The translations under genes were made by a program, and so were the position numbers. 64,000 bases of DNA from an uncultured Muribaculaceae bacterium (GTDB lineage Bacteria; Bacteroidota; Bacteroidia; Bacteroidales; Muribaculaceae): the NCBI GenBank assembly GCA_910584495.1, contig CAJUAR010000001.1, forward strand, positions 15,733 to 79,732, written 5' to 3'. This document shows, one piece after another, positions 18,652-27,185 of this stretch. The notes beneath the pieces are model-generated. The model did no database searches. It was not told the origin of the DNA and worked only from the letters and a program-made list of their open reading frames with translations. Within the stretch, counting starts at the first letter, position 1, and each line of letters begins with the position of its first letter.

Positions 18652-19842
18652 ATGAATCTCTACAATTTTGACACCATTATCGACCGCCACGGCACCTCCG
18701 CGGCGAAGTTCGAACGCCTCGATGCGGTCTTTGGCCGGCACGATGTTACACCTCTGTGGATTGCCGACCTCGATTTCGCAGTCTGTCCCAAGATAACCGA
18801 AGCCTTGCTTCACCGTCTGAACCATCCTGTATTCGGCTACTCCGATGCCTCGGACGGCTACTGGCAGTCGATTATCAACTGGAACTATCGCCGGCATAAT
18901 TTTCTGATTGCCCGCGACGAATTGAGTTTCATTCCGGGTGTTGTCAAAGGCATAGCCCTGGCAGTGAACTTTTTCACCCGCGAAGGCGACGGCGTTGTCA
19001 TACAGCCGCCAATCTACACGCCCTTCCGCACTGTTGTCGAGGGCAACCACCGCCGTGTGATAGAGAACCCACTGTTGACCGACGGCGACAACTATACCAT
19101 GGACCTCGACGGTCTCGAAGAAATAGTAGCCCGCGAGAAGCCCAAGATGCTCATTCTCTGCAACCCCCACAACCCGATCGGAATCCAGTGGGATGCCGAC
19201 ACTATGGCGCGCCTGGCAGCTATATGCCGCCGTGCCGGCATGATTGTGGTGAGCGACGAAATCCACGGCGACCTTGTGCTCGGCGGCAATCCGCATATCC
19301 CCTTCCTCAGCGTGAGCGATGATGCCCGCGCCGTGGGCATAATGCTCGGGGCACCCTCCAAAACATTCAACATCCCCGGCCTCGTAAGTTCGTGGATGGT
19401 GGTCAAGAATCCCGAATTGCGCCGCGACTTCTATGGCTGGATGGAGGTGAACGAGTTCAACGCGCCCGTTCTCATTTCGACAATTGGCGCCGAAGCCGCC
19501 TATAACAACGGCGAGGAATGGCTCGACCAAATGCTGGCCTATGTGGAGAATAACATCAATTTCGTTCAGGAATATACCGCTAAATATATTCCCGATCTTA
19601 AAATTGTCCGTCCGCAGGCCTCGTTCCTGGTATGGCTCGATTTCCGCAAGCTCCATCTGTGCCAGCGAGAAATCATGGACCTGCTGCTGGACAAAGCACA
19701 CCTTGCCCTCAACGACGGCTCGATGTTCGGCACTCAGGGCGAAGGCTTCGCACGCCTCAACGTAGGCACGCCTCGCTGCGTTCTTGCCAACGCTCTCGAA
19801 AGCTTGCGCATGGCAGTAGAATGCCAATGTCATAAGAAATAA
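18652..19842 (+). CDS. MalY/PatB-family PLP-dependent cystathionine beta-lyase (aminotransferase class I/II)
   Basis: MNLYNFDTIIDRHGTSAAKFE is the family's typical start. The ORF-track Met at 18607 lies upstream of a TATTTTTG box (18622..18629), so I prefer the start at 18652. Confidence 0.85.
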   Translation: MNLYNFDTIIDRHGTSAAKFERLDAVFGRHDVTPLWIADLDFAVCPKITEALLHRLNHPVFGYSDASDGYWQSIINWNYRRHNFLIARDELSFIPGVVKGIALAVNFFTREGDGVVIQPPIYTPFRTVVEGNHRRVIENPLLTDGDNYTMDLDGLEEIVAREKPKMLILCNPHNPIGIQWDADTMARLAAICRRAGMIVVSDEIHGDLVLGGNPHIPFLSVSDDARAVGIMLGAPSKTFNIPGLVSSWMVVKNPELRRDFYGWMEVNEFNAPVLISTIGAEAAYNNGEEWLDQMLAYVENNINFVQEYTAKYIPDLKIVRPQASFLVWLDFRKLHLCQREIMDLLLDKAHLALNDGSMFGTQGEGFARLNVGTPRCVLANALESLRMAVECQCHKK

Positions 19843-19845
19843 ACC

Positions 19846-21117
19846 ATGGATTATAGAATATTTCCTCCCGAAGACCTTTTCGAGCTTGAAATCCAACTTC
19901 CTCTGAGCAAAAGCCTGGCGGTGAGGACAATCATGCTCGACTATCTTGCCGGGCATGTCGAAAACTCCGAGGCCCTTGCCGATGTTTGCACCGACACGCG
20001 CACGCTCTACGACATACTCATGGCCCGCCTGCCCGAGGACGGCGGCATTACCGATGCCGGAGCTGCAGGCACGGCCATGCGCTTCTTGTGCGCCCTTGCC
20101 GCCGCCACGCCGCAAACCCACACTCTGCTGACCGGCAGCGAGCGCATGCTCCGGCGCCCCATAGGGCATCTTGTCGATGCTCTCCGCACTCTTGGCACCG
20201 ACATCGAATACCGTGGCGAAGAAGGATTTCCACCACTCGAAATCAAGGGTAAAACCCTTAAAGGCGGTGATGTGGAAATCGATGCATCTGTCAGCTCGCA
20301 GTTCATTTCGGCATTGATGATGGTGGCCCCGCTTATGGCCGAACCGCTCAAAATCAGCCTTAAAGGCGAGGTGAAATCCCAACCGTATTTGCGAATGACC
20401 GCCGCAATGATGGAACGCTGTGGAGCCAAAGTGGAGCTCGCGCCTTATTCTGTGGACGTGAGCGGCAAAACCTACACCGCAGTGTGCCACAACGACGAGC
20501 CCGACTGGAGTGCGGCCGCGTTTTGGTATGAAATCGTAGCTATTTCGGCAGCATGGGTAACCCTTAAAGGCCTGCAGCCTAAGTCGCTCCAGGGCGACAG
20601 CATGGCGGCGGAGCTGTTTGGCCGCCTTGGTGTCAACACCGAGTTTACCGACGAAGGGGCCGAGCTATCGGCCAACCCCGATTTGTTCAACCGCCTCGAG
20701 GCCGATCTTTCGGGTACGCCCGATCTTGCTCCCGCCCTTGCTGTTTGCGCCGCCATGGTGGGTGTTCCCTTTAGTCTGTCCGGCCTTGGAGCCCTCCACG
20801 ACAAAGAATGCGACCGCATGCAGGCCCTCGTCGACGAACTTGCCAAGGCCGGCGTGCTGTGCGAGGTTGAAGCCTATGGCACAGTGCTTTCGTGGGACGG
20901 CCGTCGCATGCCCCTTCACGAGGTGCCCGTTTTCGACAGCCACAACGACCACCGCATGGCCATGGCTCTTGCCCCGACGGCAATCTTCATGCCCGGCATT
21001 GTCATAAAGGATGTCGAAGTTGTCGACAAATCCTATCCCGCCTATTGGGCCGACCTGCAGAAAGCCGGCTTTACCTTTGTAGACCCCGAAAAATATCCAA
21101 GCCCCGAACAAGCGTGA
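19846..21117 (+). CDS. aroA: 3-phosphoshikimate 1-carboxyvinyltransferase (EPSP synthase)
   Basis: 423 aa. LPLSKSLAVRTIML, GAAGTAMRFL and DHRMAMALA motifs. Confidence 0.92.
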   Translation: MDYRIFPPEDLFELEIQLPLSKSLAVRTIMLDYLAGHVENSEALADVCTDTRTLYDILMARLPEDGGITDAGAAGTAMRFLCALAAATPQTHTLLTGSERMLRRPIGHLVDALRTLGTDIEYRGEEGFPPLEIKGKTLKGGDVEIDASVSSQFISALMMVAPLMAEPLKISLKGEVKSQPYLRMTAAMMERCGAKVELAPYSVDVSGKTYTAVCHNDEPDWSAAAFWYEIVAISAAWVTLKGLQPKSLQGDSMAAELFGRLGVNTEFTDEGAELSANPDLFNRLEADLSGTPDLAPALAVCAAMVGVPFSLSGLGALHDKECDRMQALVDELAKAGVLCEVEAYGTVLSWDGRRMPLHEVPVFDSHNDHRMAMALAPTAIFMPGIVIKDVEVVDKSYPAYWADLQKAGFTFVDPEKYPSPEQA

Positions 21118-21539
21118 CTGTAGCACTGATACTTTTAGCAGCCATTGTCGGCGTAGGGGCTTTGTTGTGGTTTCTCGACCGCCGACACAAAGGAACAGAT
21201 GCCGAGGAGGCGCAAAATGTCGAAGAACTCGCCGAATGTTGCGGGCAGCACGAGGTGTGCGAACGCGATTCGCTCCTTGCCGCCGTGTCGAAACAGATTG
21301 AATACTACGATGATGAGGAACTCGACCGCTTTGCCGGCCGTGAAGCCGATGAATATTCCGACGAGGAGATTGAAGAATTTCGCGATGTGCTTCTCACCCT
21401 CCGGAGCGACGACATTGCCGGCTGGGCACGAAGTATACAGCTGAGGGGTATTAAGCTGCCCGCCGACGTGCGCGAGGAATTAATCATGATGGTGTCCGAA
21501 AATCGTGCCATGCGAAAGAATAATGTTGCAGTTTCTTGA
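21114..21539 (+). CDS. Hypothetical N-terminally membrane-anchored acidic protein with a CCGxHxxCE motif
   Basis: An in-frame GTG at 21114 overlaps the aroA stop (GTGA). It is followed by a TM helix VTVALILLAAIVGVGALLWFL, then ECCGQHEVCE and an acidic YYDDEELD/EYSDEEIEEF region. The upstream part of ORF 20892..21539 lies inside aroA in another frame. Confidence 0.5.
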   Translation: MTVALILLAAIVGVGALLWFLDRRHKGTDAEEAQNVEELAECCGQHEVCERDSLLAAVSKQIEYYDDEELDRFAGREADEYSDEEIEEFRDVLLTLRSDDIAGWARSIQLRGIKLPADVREELIMMVSENRAMRKNNVAVS

Positions 21540-22359
21540 ATATTCTTTTTTTGTCAATGCCCTCATCGGGGTATTGCTCATTAGTGTAAGTGCCGCAATA
21601 ATCGGCACTTACATAATTACTCGCCGTCTGGTGGCCATTTGCGGCGGCATTACGCACGCATGCTTCGGCGGCCTCGGTCTGGGCTATTTTCTTGGCTTCT
21701 CGCCCATAGTCATGGCCGGTGTGTTCGCCGTAGGCTCTTCGCTGTCGGTCGAACTGATGTCGCGCCGTTTCAGACTGCGCGAAGATTCGGCAATTGCCGT
21801 GATTTGGGCTTTGGGCATGGCCCTTGGTGTGCTGTTTGTGTTTATGACCCCCGGCTATGTACCTGAACTCAATTCGTTCCTCTTCGGCAACATCCTCACA
21901 GTCAACATTGCCGACCTCGAGGCCCTGGCAGTATTCACCGTTGTGCTTGCCTTGTTCACCGCCTGGCAATGGCGGCATATCATAGCCGTGGCGTTCGACC
22001 ACGACTTCGCCGTTGTCACCGGCATGCCGGTGCGCCTTGTCTCATATTCGATGACTGTTCTCGTTGCACTTGCCATAGTGCTGACCATCAGGCTTGCGGG
22101 CATCATGCTGCTGCTCTCGCTGCTCTCGCTGCCGGTGCTCACTGCCGAAATATTCTGCCGGCGCTACATGAGTGTTATGTGGTGTGCCATGGCGGTGTGC
22201 ATGCTCACTTCCGTTATCGGGCTATTCCTGTCGGCTATTGTCGATGTCCCTTGTTCGGCGTTGATTGTGCTTGTCATGGTCGGTGTCTTTATCCTTGCAA
22301 GGGTGGGAAATTCGCTCCGGCAATCTTGCCAAAAAATTAAGCTTCAAGCAAAGAAATGA
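21523..22359 (+). CDS. Metal ABC transporter permease (ABC-3 / ZnuB-MntB type)
   Basis: MLQFLEYSFFVNALIGVLLISVSAAIIGTYIITRRL is the family's typical start. The protein is polytopic. Confidence 0.8.
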   Translation: MLQFLEYSFFVNALIGVLLISVSAAIIGTYIITRRLVAICGGITHACFGGLGLGYFLGFSPIVMAGVFAVGSSLSVELMSRRFRLREDSAIAVIWALGMALGVLFVFMTPGYVPELNSFLFGNILTVNIADLEALAVFTVVLALFTAWQWRHIIAVAFDHDFAVVTGMPVRLVSYSMTVLVALAIVLTIRLAGIMLLLSLLSLPVLTAEIFCRRYMSVMWCAMAVCMLTSVIGLFLSAIVDVPCSALIVLVMVGVFILARVGNSLRQSCQKIKLQAKK

Positions 22360-25325
22360 AAAAAATAATACTTATCACCTTCCTGGCCGCAGCACTTTGG
22401 GCCGAGGGGCAGAATACTGCCGTCGATGCCCGGGGACTGATGGCGCGAGGTTGCCACTTTCTCAATCTCGACATTCCTGCCGCCACCGTCGACGATTTGT
22501 CGGCTTTCGATATAGATGTACTCGATGTGCCTCAGCTGCAGAAAGCTCTGTACGTCGAAGCATCGGCACTCTTCCGCCAGGGCGACTACCAGGCCGCATA
22601 TATCGCCTTTGCCGAACTCTACGACCGCTATCCGTCGTCGCGGCTCGCTGCTGCGGCTCGCATAGGGGCCGGAGATTGTTTCTTTGTCCGCAACAATTTT
22701 GCCGCCGCTTTCGAGGAATACGCCCGCGTAGGTGTCGATGCCCTTTCGGCCGAAGATGCCGCATTGGTAAATTTCAGAAAAGGTGTCTGTGCCTATCGCC
22801 AGGGAAACACAGCCCCGGCAAAAGCCCTGCTTGCTGCCGCTGCCGCCAACAGTGTCCAGGCAGCCCCGGCAAATTACTATCTCGGCATAATACATTATGA
22901 CGAAGACGACTACGAAACTGCAAAGCGTTACTTTGCCGCCGTGGCCCCTGCAACAGTGCCGGGGCGCCGCGCAAGCTACTACATCACTTTGATTGACTTT
23001 CGGCAAGGGGCGTGGAACAAAGCCCTCAACAGTGCCAAAGCCCAGCTCGCAATGCCTGCCGACAACTTCGACCGCACCGAGATGCTGCGTGTTGCCGGCG
23101 AATGTCTTGTGCACCTCAACAATAAAGCTGAAGGCATGGAATATCTGCGCAAATATCTCGACCAGTCTTCCAACCCGCAGCTGTCGGCTCTCTATCTTGT
23201 GGGCATGGACGAGTACGAAAACGGACGGTACAGCGCGGCCCTCGCACGTCTGGAGCCTGTTACCAAAGGCAACGACCCGCTGCTCTCCCAGTCTGCTTTT
23301 CTCTACATAGGCCAGACACTGATGCGCACCGGCGACCGCGATGCCGCAATCGTGGCCTTCAAAAATGCCATCGACATAGAAGCCGACCCCAAGGCTCGCG
23401 AAGCTGCATACTACAATTATGTCGTGGCTCGTCTTGGCGGGGCCTCGGTGCCCTTTGTGTCGTCGGCAAAAATTCTCGACGAATTTCTCCGTGCATATCC
23501 CAAAGGCCCCTACAGCGCTCGCGTGGCACAATATCTTGCCGACGGCTACCTTGCCGACAAGGACTATGCCCGGGCCATCGATTATATAAATAAGGTCAAG
23601 AATCCTTCGGCCGAGCTTTTGGCGACAAAGAAAATGGCACTCTGCGAGCTTGCCCGCCAAAGCCTTGAAAACGGCGATGTAGCTGCTGCTCAAACATTCA
23701 TTTCCCAATTGCCCGAAAGTGGCAAAAACACCAAACCCGACCGCGAGACAGACCTCCTTCGCGCCCAGGTGCTCAACTACGACGGCCGTGCTGCCCAGGC
23801 CGTACCTCTCTACACCGGCTATCTGCGATATGCCGGAGCCGGGGCCCCGAACCGCCATACGGCACACTACGGTCTTGCTTATGCCTACTATCAGCTCAAA
23901 CAGCTCGACAAAGCCTCGGAAGCGTTTGGCCAAGCTCTCGAAGGAGCCGCTACGGCTAATATACGTGCCGACATACTTGCACGCCTTGCCGACATTGCAT
24001 TTGCGAAAGGCGACTTCCATACGGCCGCCGACTACTATGGACAGGCTTATCATGCCCGCGGCACAACTGCCGACTATGCGCTCTTCAACCGTGCACGCAT
24101 GGAAGGTTTCGAACGCAACTATGCCGCCAAATTGTCGACGCTCAACACATTCCGCGGCGAGTTTGCCAATTCGCGTCTTATGCCCGAAGCCCTGCTCGAA
24201 GTGGCCCAAGCCCAAATCAGCCTTGGCCGCAACCAGGATGCCATCGAGACTTTCGATACTCTTATCAAACGTCATCCCGAAACAGGAGCCGAGCGCAAGG
24301 CTTATCTGCAGAAAGCCATGACGCAGCGCGATATGGGCAAAAACAACGAAGCCGTCGGAACATATAAACAGCTTATTACAAAATATCCTTCGTCGGAAGA
24401 AGCCGCTCAGGCCACTTCAATTCTCAGAAGCATATATGCCGATGCCGGACGTGCCGACGATTTTCTGGCTTTTGTCAACAGCGTGCCGGCTGCCCCGCAG
24501 CTTGATGCCGGCGATGCCGAACAGCTGAGCTACGATTCGGCAATGAGCATTTACAATAAAAACGGCGACACAAAGCAACTGCAGAACTTTGCCGAACGCT
24601 ATACCACCAGCCTGCATGCTCCCGAAGCCCTGCTACTTACACTCAAAAGTGCCAGAAAGAAAGGCAACACCGACGACTGCGATGCTGTTGCGGCAAAGAT
24701 TGTGGAGCGTTATCCCCACCACACAGCAGCAGAGAGCGCTATGGCATGGCAGGCTCAGTCCTTATTCGACAAGGGCGACACTCCTGCAGCTATTGTGCTG
24801 TGGCAGAAGCTGCTCAAACAGACTGCCGACGACGACCTCTCGACCGAAGCTGCCCTGGGCATAATGCGGGGGACGCGTGATATGGGCGAAGACCTGGCCG
24901 TAATTGCCGCTGCCGACCGTCTGCTCGACGAATGTGACGAGCCGGCAGTGCTCAATGAGGCACGTTTCACCAAAGCCGCGGCCCTCGAAGGCCTTGACAA
25001 AACCGACGATGCCATAGACCTTTGGCTCGAAGTGGCCGGGAATACATCCGACATTTACGGGGCCAAGAGTGCTTTCCGTGCTGCAGAGGCCCTCAACGAA
25101 GCCGGACGAAACGAAAAAGCTCTCGAAACCGCGAAAGCCCTCACCCAGTCGGGCTCGCCGCACAGCTACTGGGTGGCACGCGCATTTATCCTGATGAGCG
25201 ACATATACCGCGCCAAGGGCAAAACCTACGAAGCCGAGGAATATCTTCGTGTTCTCCGCGAGAACTATCCCGGCAAAGAAAAGGATATTTTTATGATGAT
25301 TGATTCCCGAATGGGCAAAAAATAA
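22356..25325 (+). CDS. Large secreted tetratricopeptide-repeat protein (989 aa)
   Basis: Signal peptide MKKIILITFLAAALWAEGQ. TPR-like units recur throughout (for example A..Y.LA.AYY.L..LDKA). Its start overlaps the permease stop (ATGA). Confidence 0.7.
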   Translation: MKKIILITFLAAALWAEGQNTAVDARGLMARGCHFLNLDIPAATVDDLSAFDIDVLDVPQLQKALYVEASALFRQGDYQAAYIAFAELYDRYPSSRLAAAARIGAGDCFFVRNNFAAAFEEYARVGVDALSAEDAALVNFRKGVCAYRQGNTAPAKALLAAAAANSVQAAPANYYLGIIHYDEDDYETAKRYFAAVAPATVPGRRASYYITLIDFRQGAWNKALNSAKAQLAMPADNFDRTEMLRVAGECLVHLNNKAEGMEYLRKYLDQSSNPQLSALYLVGMDEYENGRYSAALARLEPVTKGNDPLLSQSAFLYIGQTLMRTGDRDAAIVAFKNAIDIEADPKAREAAYYNYVVARLGGASVPFVSSAKILDEFLRAYPKGPYSARVAQYLADGYLADKDYARAIDYINKVKNPSAELLATKKMALCELARQSLENGDVAAAQTFISQLPESGKNTKPDRETDLLRAQVLNYDGRAAQAVPLYTGYLRYAGAGAPNRHTAHYGLAYAYYQLKQLDKASEAFGQALEGAATANIRADILARLADIAFAKGDFHTAADYYGQAYHARGTTADYALFNRARMEGFERNYAAKLSTLNTFRGEFANSRLMPEALLEVAQAQISLGRNQDAIETFDTLIKRHPETGAERKAYLQKAMTQRDMGKNNEAVGTYKQLITKYPSSEEAAQATSILRSIYADAGRADDFLAFVNSVPAAPQLDAGDAEQLSYDSAMSIYNKNGDTKQLQNFAERYTTSLHAPEALLLTLKSARKKGNTDDCDAVAAKIVERYPHHTAAESAMAWQAQSLFDKGDTPAAIVLWQKLLKQTADDDLSTEAALGIMRGTRDMGEDLAVIAAADRLLDECDEPAVLNEARFTKAAALEGLDKTDDAIDLWLEVAGNTSDIYGAKSAFRAAEALNEAGRNEKALETAKALTQSGSPHSYWVARAFILMSDIYRAKGKTYEAEEYLRVLRENYPGKEKDIFMMIDSRMGKK

Positions 25326-25332
25326 AATAGCT

Positions 25333-27060
25333 ATGAATCTGCGAAACATATCTTTGGCTATTGCCGCTGCTGCCGCCTTTGCCGCTGCCGGACAAAAACT
25401 TGCCACCGAAGTGGTGGTCGACCGCAGCGTCGACGCCGAGCTGCCCAAAGCAAGCATGCTGCCGGGCATTGTGCCCGCCGGTCCCGACAAAGGGAGGACA
25501 CCGGTCCTTCCGCGCACCAGCGAATATTCCTTGTGGGCCGACTTCGACCCATCGGTAGCACACAGCGGCGGTGTCGACTACACCGGCCTTGCCGCTCCCG
25601 ACACCTTGCCGGGCTATTTGTCGGCGGGCTATCTGCCGGCCTACAACCTCGGCATCCAGGCCGGCTACCGCCTGCGTTTCGGCAACACCGCAGCCCGCGC
25701 CGCCGTGATGTTCGACGGACTGAATTACCACAGCGATTCTCATACGGTCCGACGCAATACCTTAGGCATAATGCTGGGGCTGTCTCATAGGTTCAAGAAC
25801 AATACTGTTTTCGGAGCCCAGATTGCAGTAAACCATTCCGACCTTCGAAATCCGGCATATTCAAGAATTGAATCGGACAAGCAAGCCATTACCACACTGC
25901 TTGCAAGCGCGCAAGTGGCCCGGCGCTCGGCCGATATTTCCTATAAGGGAAATTTCACTTTCCGACACACAGGACTTGACAAAAAGGTTAACGCAGTATA
26001 TGCCTACCGTGATGATATATCCAATCAATGGAGCTATGATGACTTTGGTACCCTTACAGGCTCCAACCCCTTCCATGTGGGAGCTTATGAATTCGACCCT
26101 GCGGAAGAAAACCTTCTCCATTTCGACGGTCGCGCATCGTATGCCGTGGGGCATGATGCAGCTTTTTCGTTCGATGTCGATGCCGACATGCTTCATTCCA
26201 AAGGTTTACATGCGGTAAACCAAGGATTTGAGCATGAAGACAAGACCTCATTCATAGTGGGGGCTGCACCCGCCTTCGATTTCGACTACAATGGCATAGC
26301 CTTGCATCTTGGCCTGCGTGTCGACTGGTCTATAAACACTCCCGGGGCTTCGGTGCATGTGGCCCCCGAAGTTAGCGCACGCTGGCGATTCTTCGGCAAA
26401 GGGTCGCTCTATGCGTCGGCAACAGGCGGTCAGAGGTTCTATACGCTCTACGACCTGATGCAGTACAGCATTTTTGCCCCCGGCTTCCAGGTGTTCTCGC
26501 CAACGGTTACACCTATCGATTTTGTTGTCGGTGTCCGCCTTGGCTCTTTTGGCGGTTTCACAGCCGACGCCCATTTGGGCTATCAGTCGACGCGCCATGC
26601 CGTTATGCCGGCAATGGATAAATTATTTTACTTTCGGACCGGCGATATGAAAGGTTTCTGCATGGGATTGCGCCTCGACTATCAACCGTCGGCAGTCATC
26701 GCTCTGTCGGTCGATGCAAATGTCTACGAAAGAGACAACGACCGCGGCCGGGCCTCAAACATGGACAGGGCGCAGTTCACCCTCGACAGCCGTGTGACGC
26801 TCAAGCCCATGAAACATCTGGACATTAGCGTAAACCACGAATTCCGCTACGGGCGCCGTTACTATGACTATACCTACGGTTGTCGTGCCTATAACATGGG
26901 CAATATTTCAGACCTCGGAATCGATGCTTCCTACCGCTTTTCGGACAACTTCTCGGTGTTCTGCCAGGCTCGGAATCTGCTGGGTCGCCGCGTGCTCATC
27001 CTGCCCCGACTGTACACTCCCTCCATCACCGGACTGGCAGGTGTGAACCTGCGCTTTTAG
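25333..27060 (+). CDS. Putative outer-membrane beta-barrel protein (about 575 aa)
   Basis: Signal peptide MNLRNISLAIAAAAAFAAAGQ, alternating-hydrophobicity strands, and a C-terminal GLAGVNLRF ending in an aromatic residue. It starts 7 nt after the TPR gene. Confidence 0.45.
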   Translation: MNLRNISLAIAAAAAFAAAGQKLATEVVVDRSVDAELPKASMLPGIVPAGPDKGRTPVLPRTSEYSLWADFDPSVAHSGGVDYTGLAAPDTLPGYLSAGYLPAYNLGIQAGYRLRFGNTAARAAVMFDGLNYHSDSHTVRRNTLGIMLGLSHRFKNNTVFGAQIAVNHSDLRNPAYSRIESDKQAITTLLASAQVARRSADISYKGNFTFRHTGLDKKVNAVYAYRDDISNQWSYDDFGTLTGSNPFHVGAYEFDPAEENLLHFDGRASYAVGHDAAFSFDVDADMLHSKGLHAVNQGFEHEDKTSFIVGAAPAFDFDYNGIALHLGLRVDWSINTPGASVHVAPEVSARWRFFGKGSLYASATGGQRFYTLYDLMQYSIFAPGFQVFSPTVTPIDFVVGVRLGSFGGFTADAHLGYQSTRHAVMPAMDKLFYFRTGDMKGFCMGLRLDYQPSAVIALSVDANVYERDNDRGRASNMDRAQFTLDSRVTLKPMKHLDISVNHEFRYGRRYYDYTYGCRAYNMGNISDLGIDASYRFSDNFSVFCQARNLLGRRVLILPRLYTPSITGLAGVNLRF

Positions 27061-27123
27061 CCTTTTAGCCCCCTGTACACTAAAAAAGAACGGCTGAATG
27101 TCGGCTAATTCAATAATAATTGC

Positions 27124-27131
27124 TATATTTG
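27124..27131 (+). promoter_or_regulatory. Candidate -7 box (TATATTTG) upstream of secDF
   Basis: Exact TAnnTTTG match 54 nt upstream of the ATG at 27186. No well-spaced -33 element was found. Confidence 0.3.
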
Positions 27132-27185
27132 CGAGCCGAATTAAAACCTGAAATAATTTATTAATAATTAAACCATAAAAGTTAC

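Noticed and set aside
18592-20490. 632-aa minus-strand ORF
   Set aside because: It lies antisense to the PatB-like and aroA genes, which carry clear family motifs. It crosses their intergenic gap only by chance and has no motifs of its own.
22344-24275. 643-aa minus-strand ORF
   Set aside because: It lies antisense to the TPR gene, which has a signal peptide and a repeat structure. The antisense product has neither.
22356-25325. TPR protein as PorW/SprE (a T9SS lipoprotein)
   Set aside because: The signal peptide (LAAALWAEGQ) has no lipobox cysteine, and I cannot support specific similarity without a search. I kept the generic TPR call.
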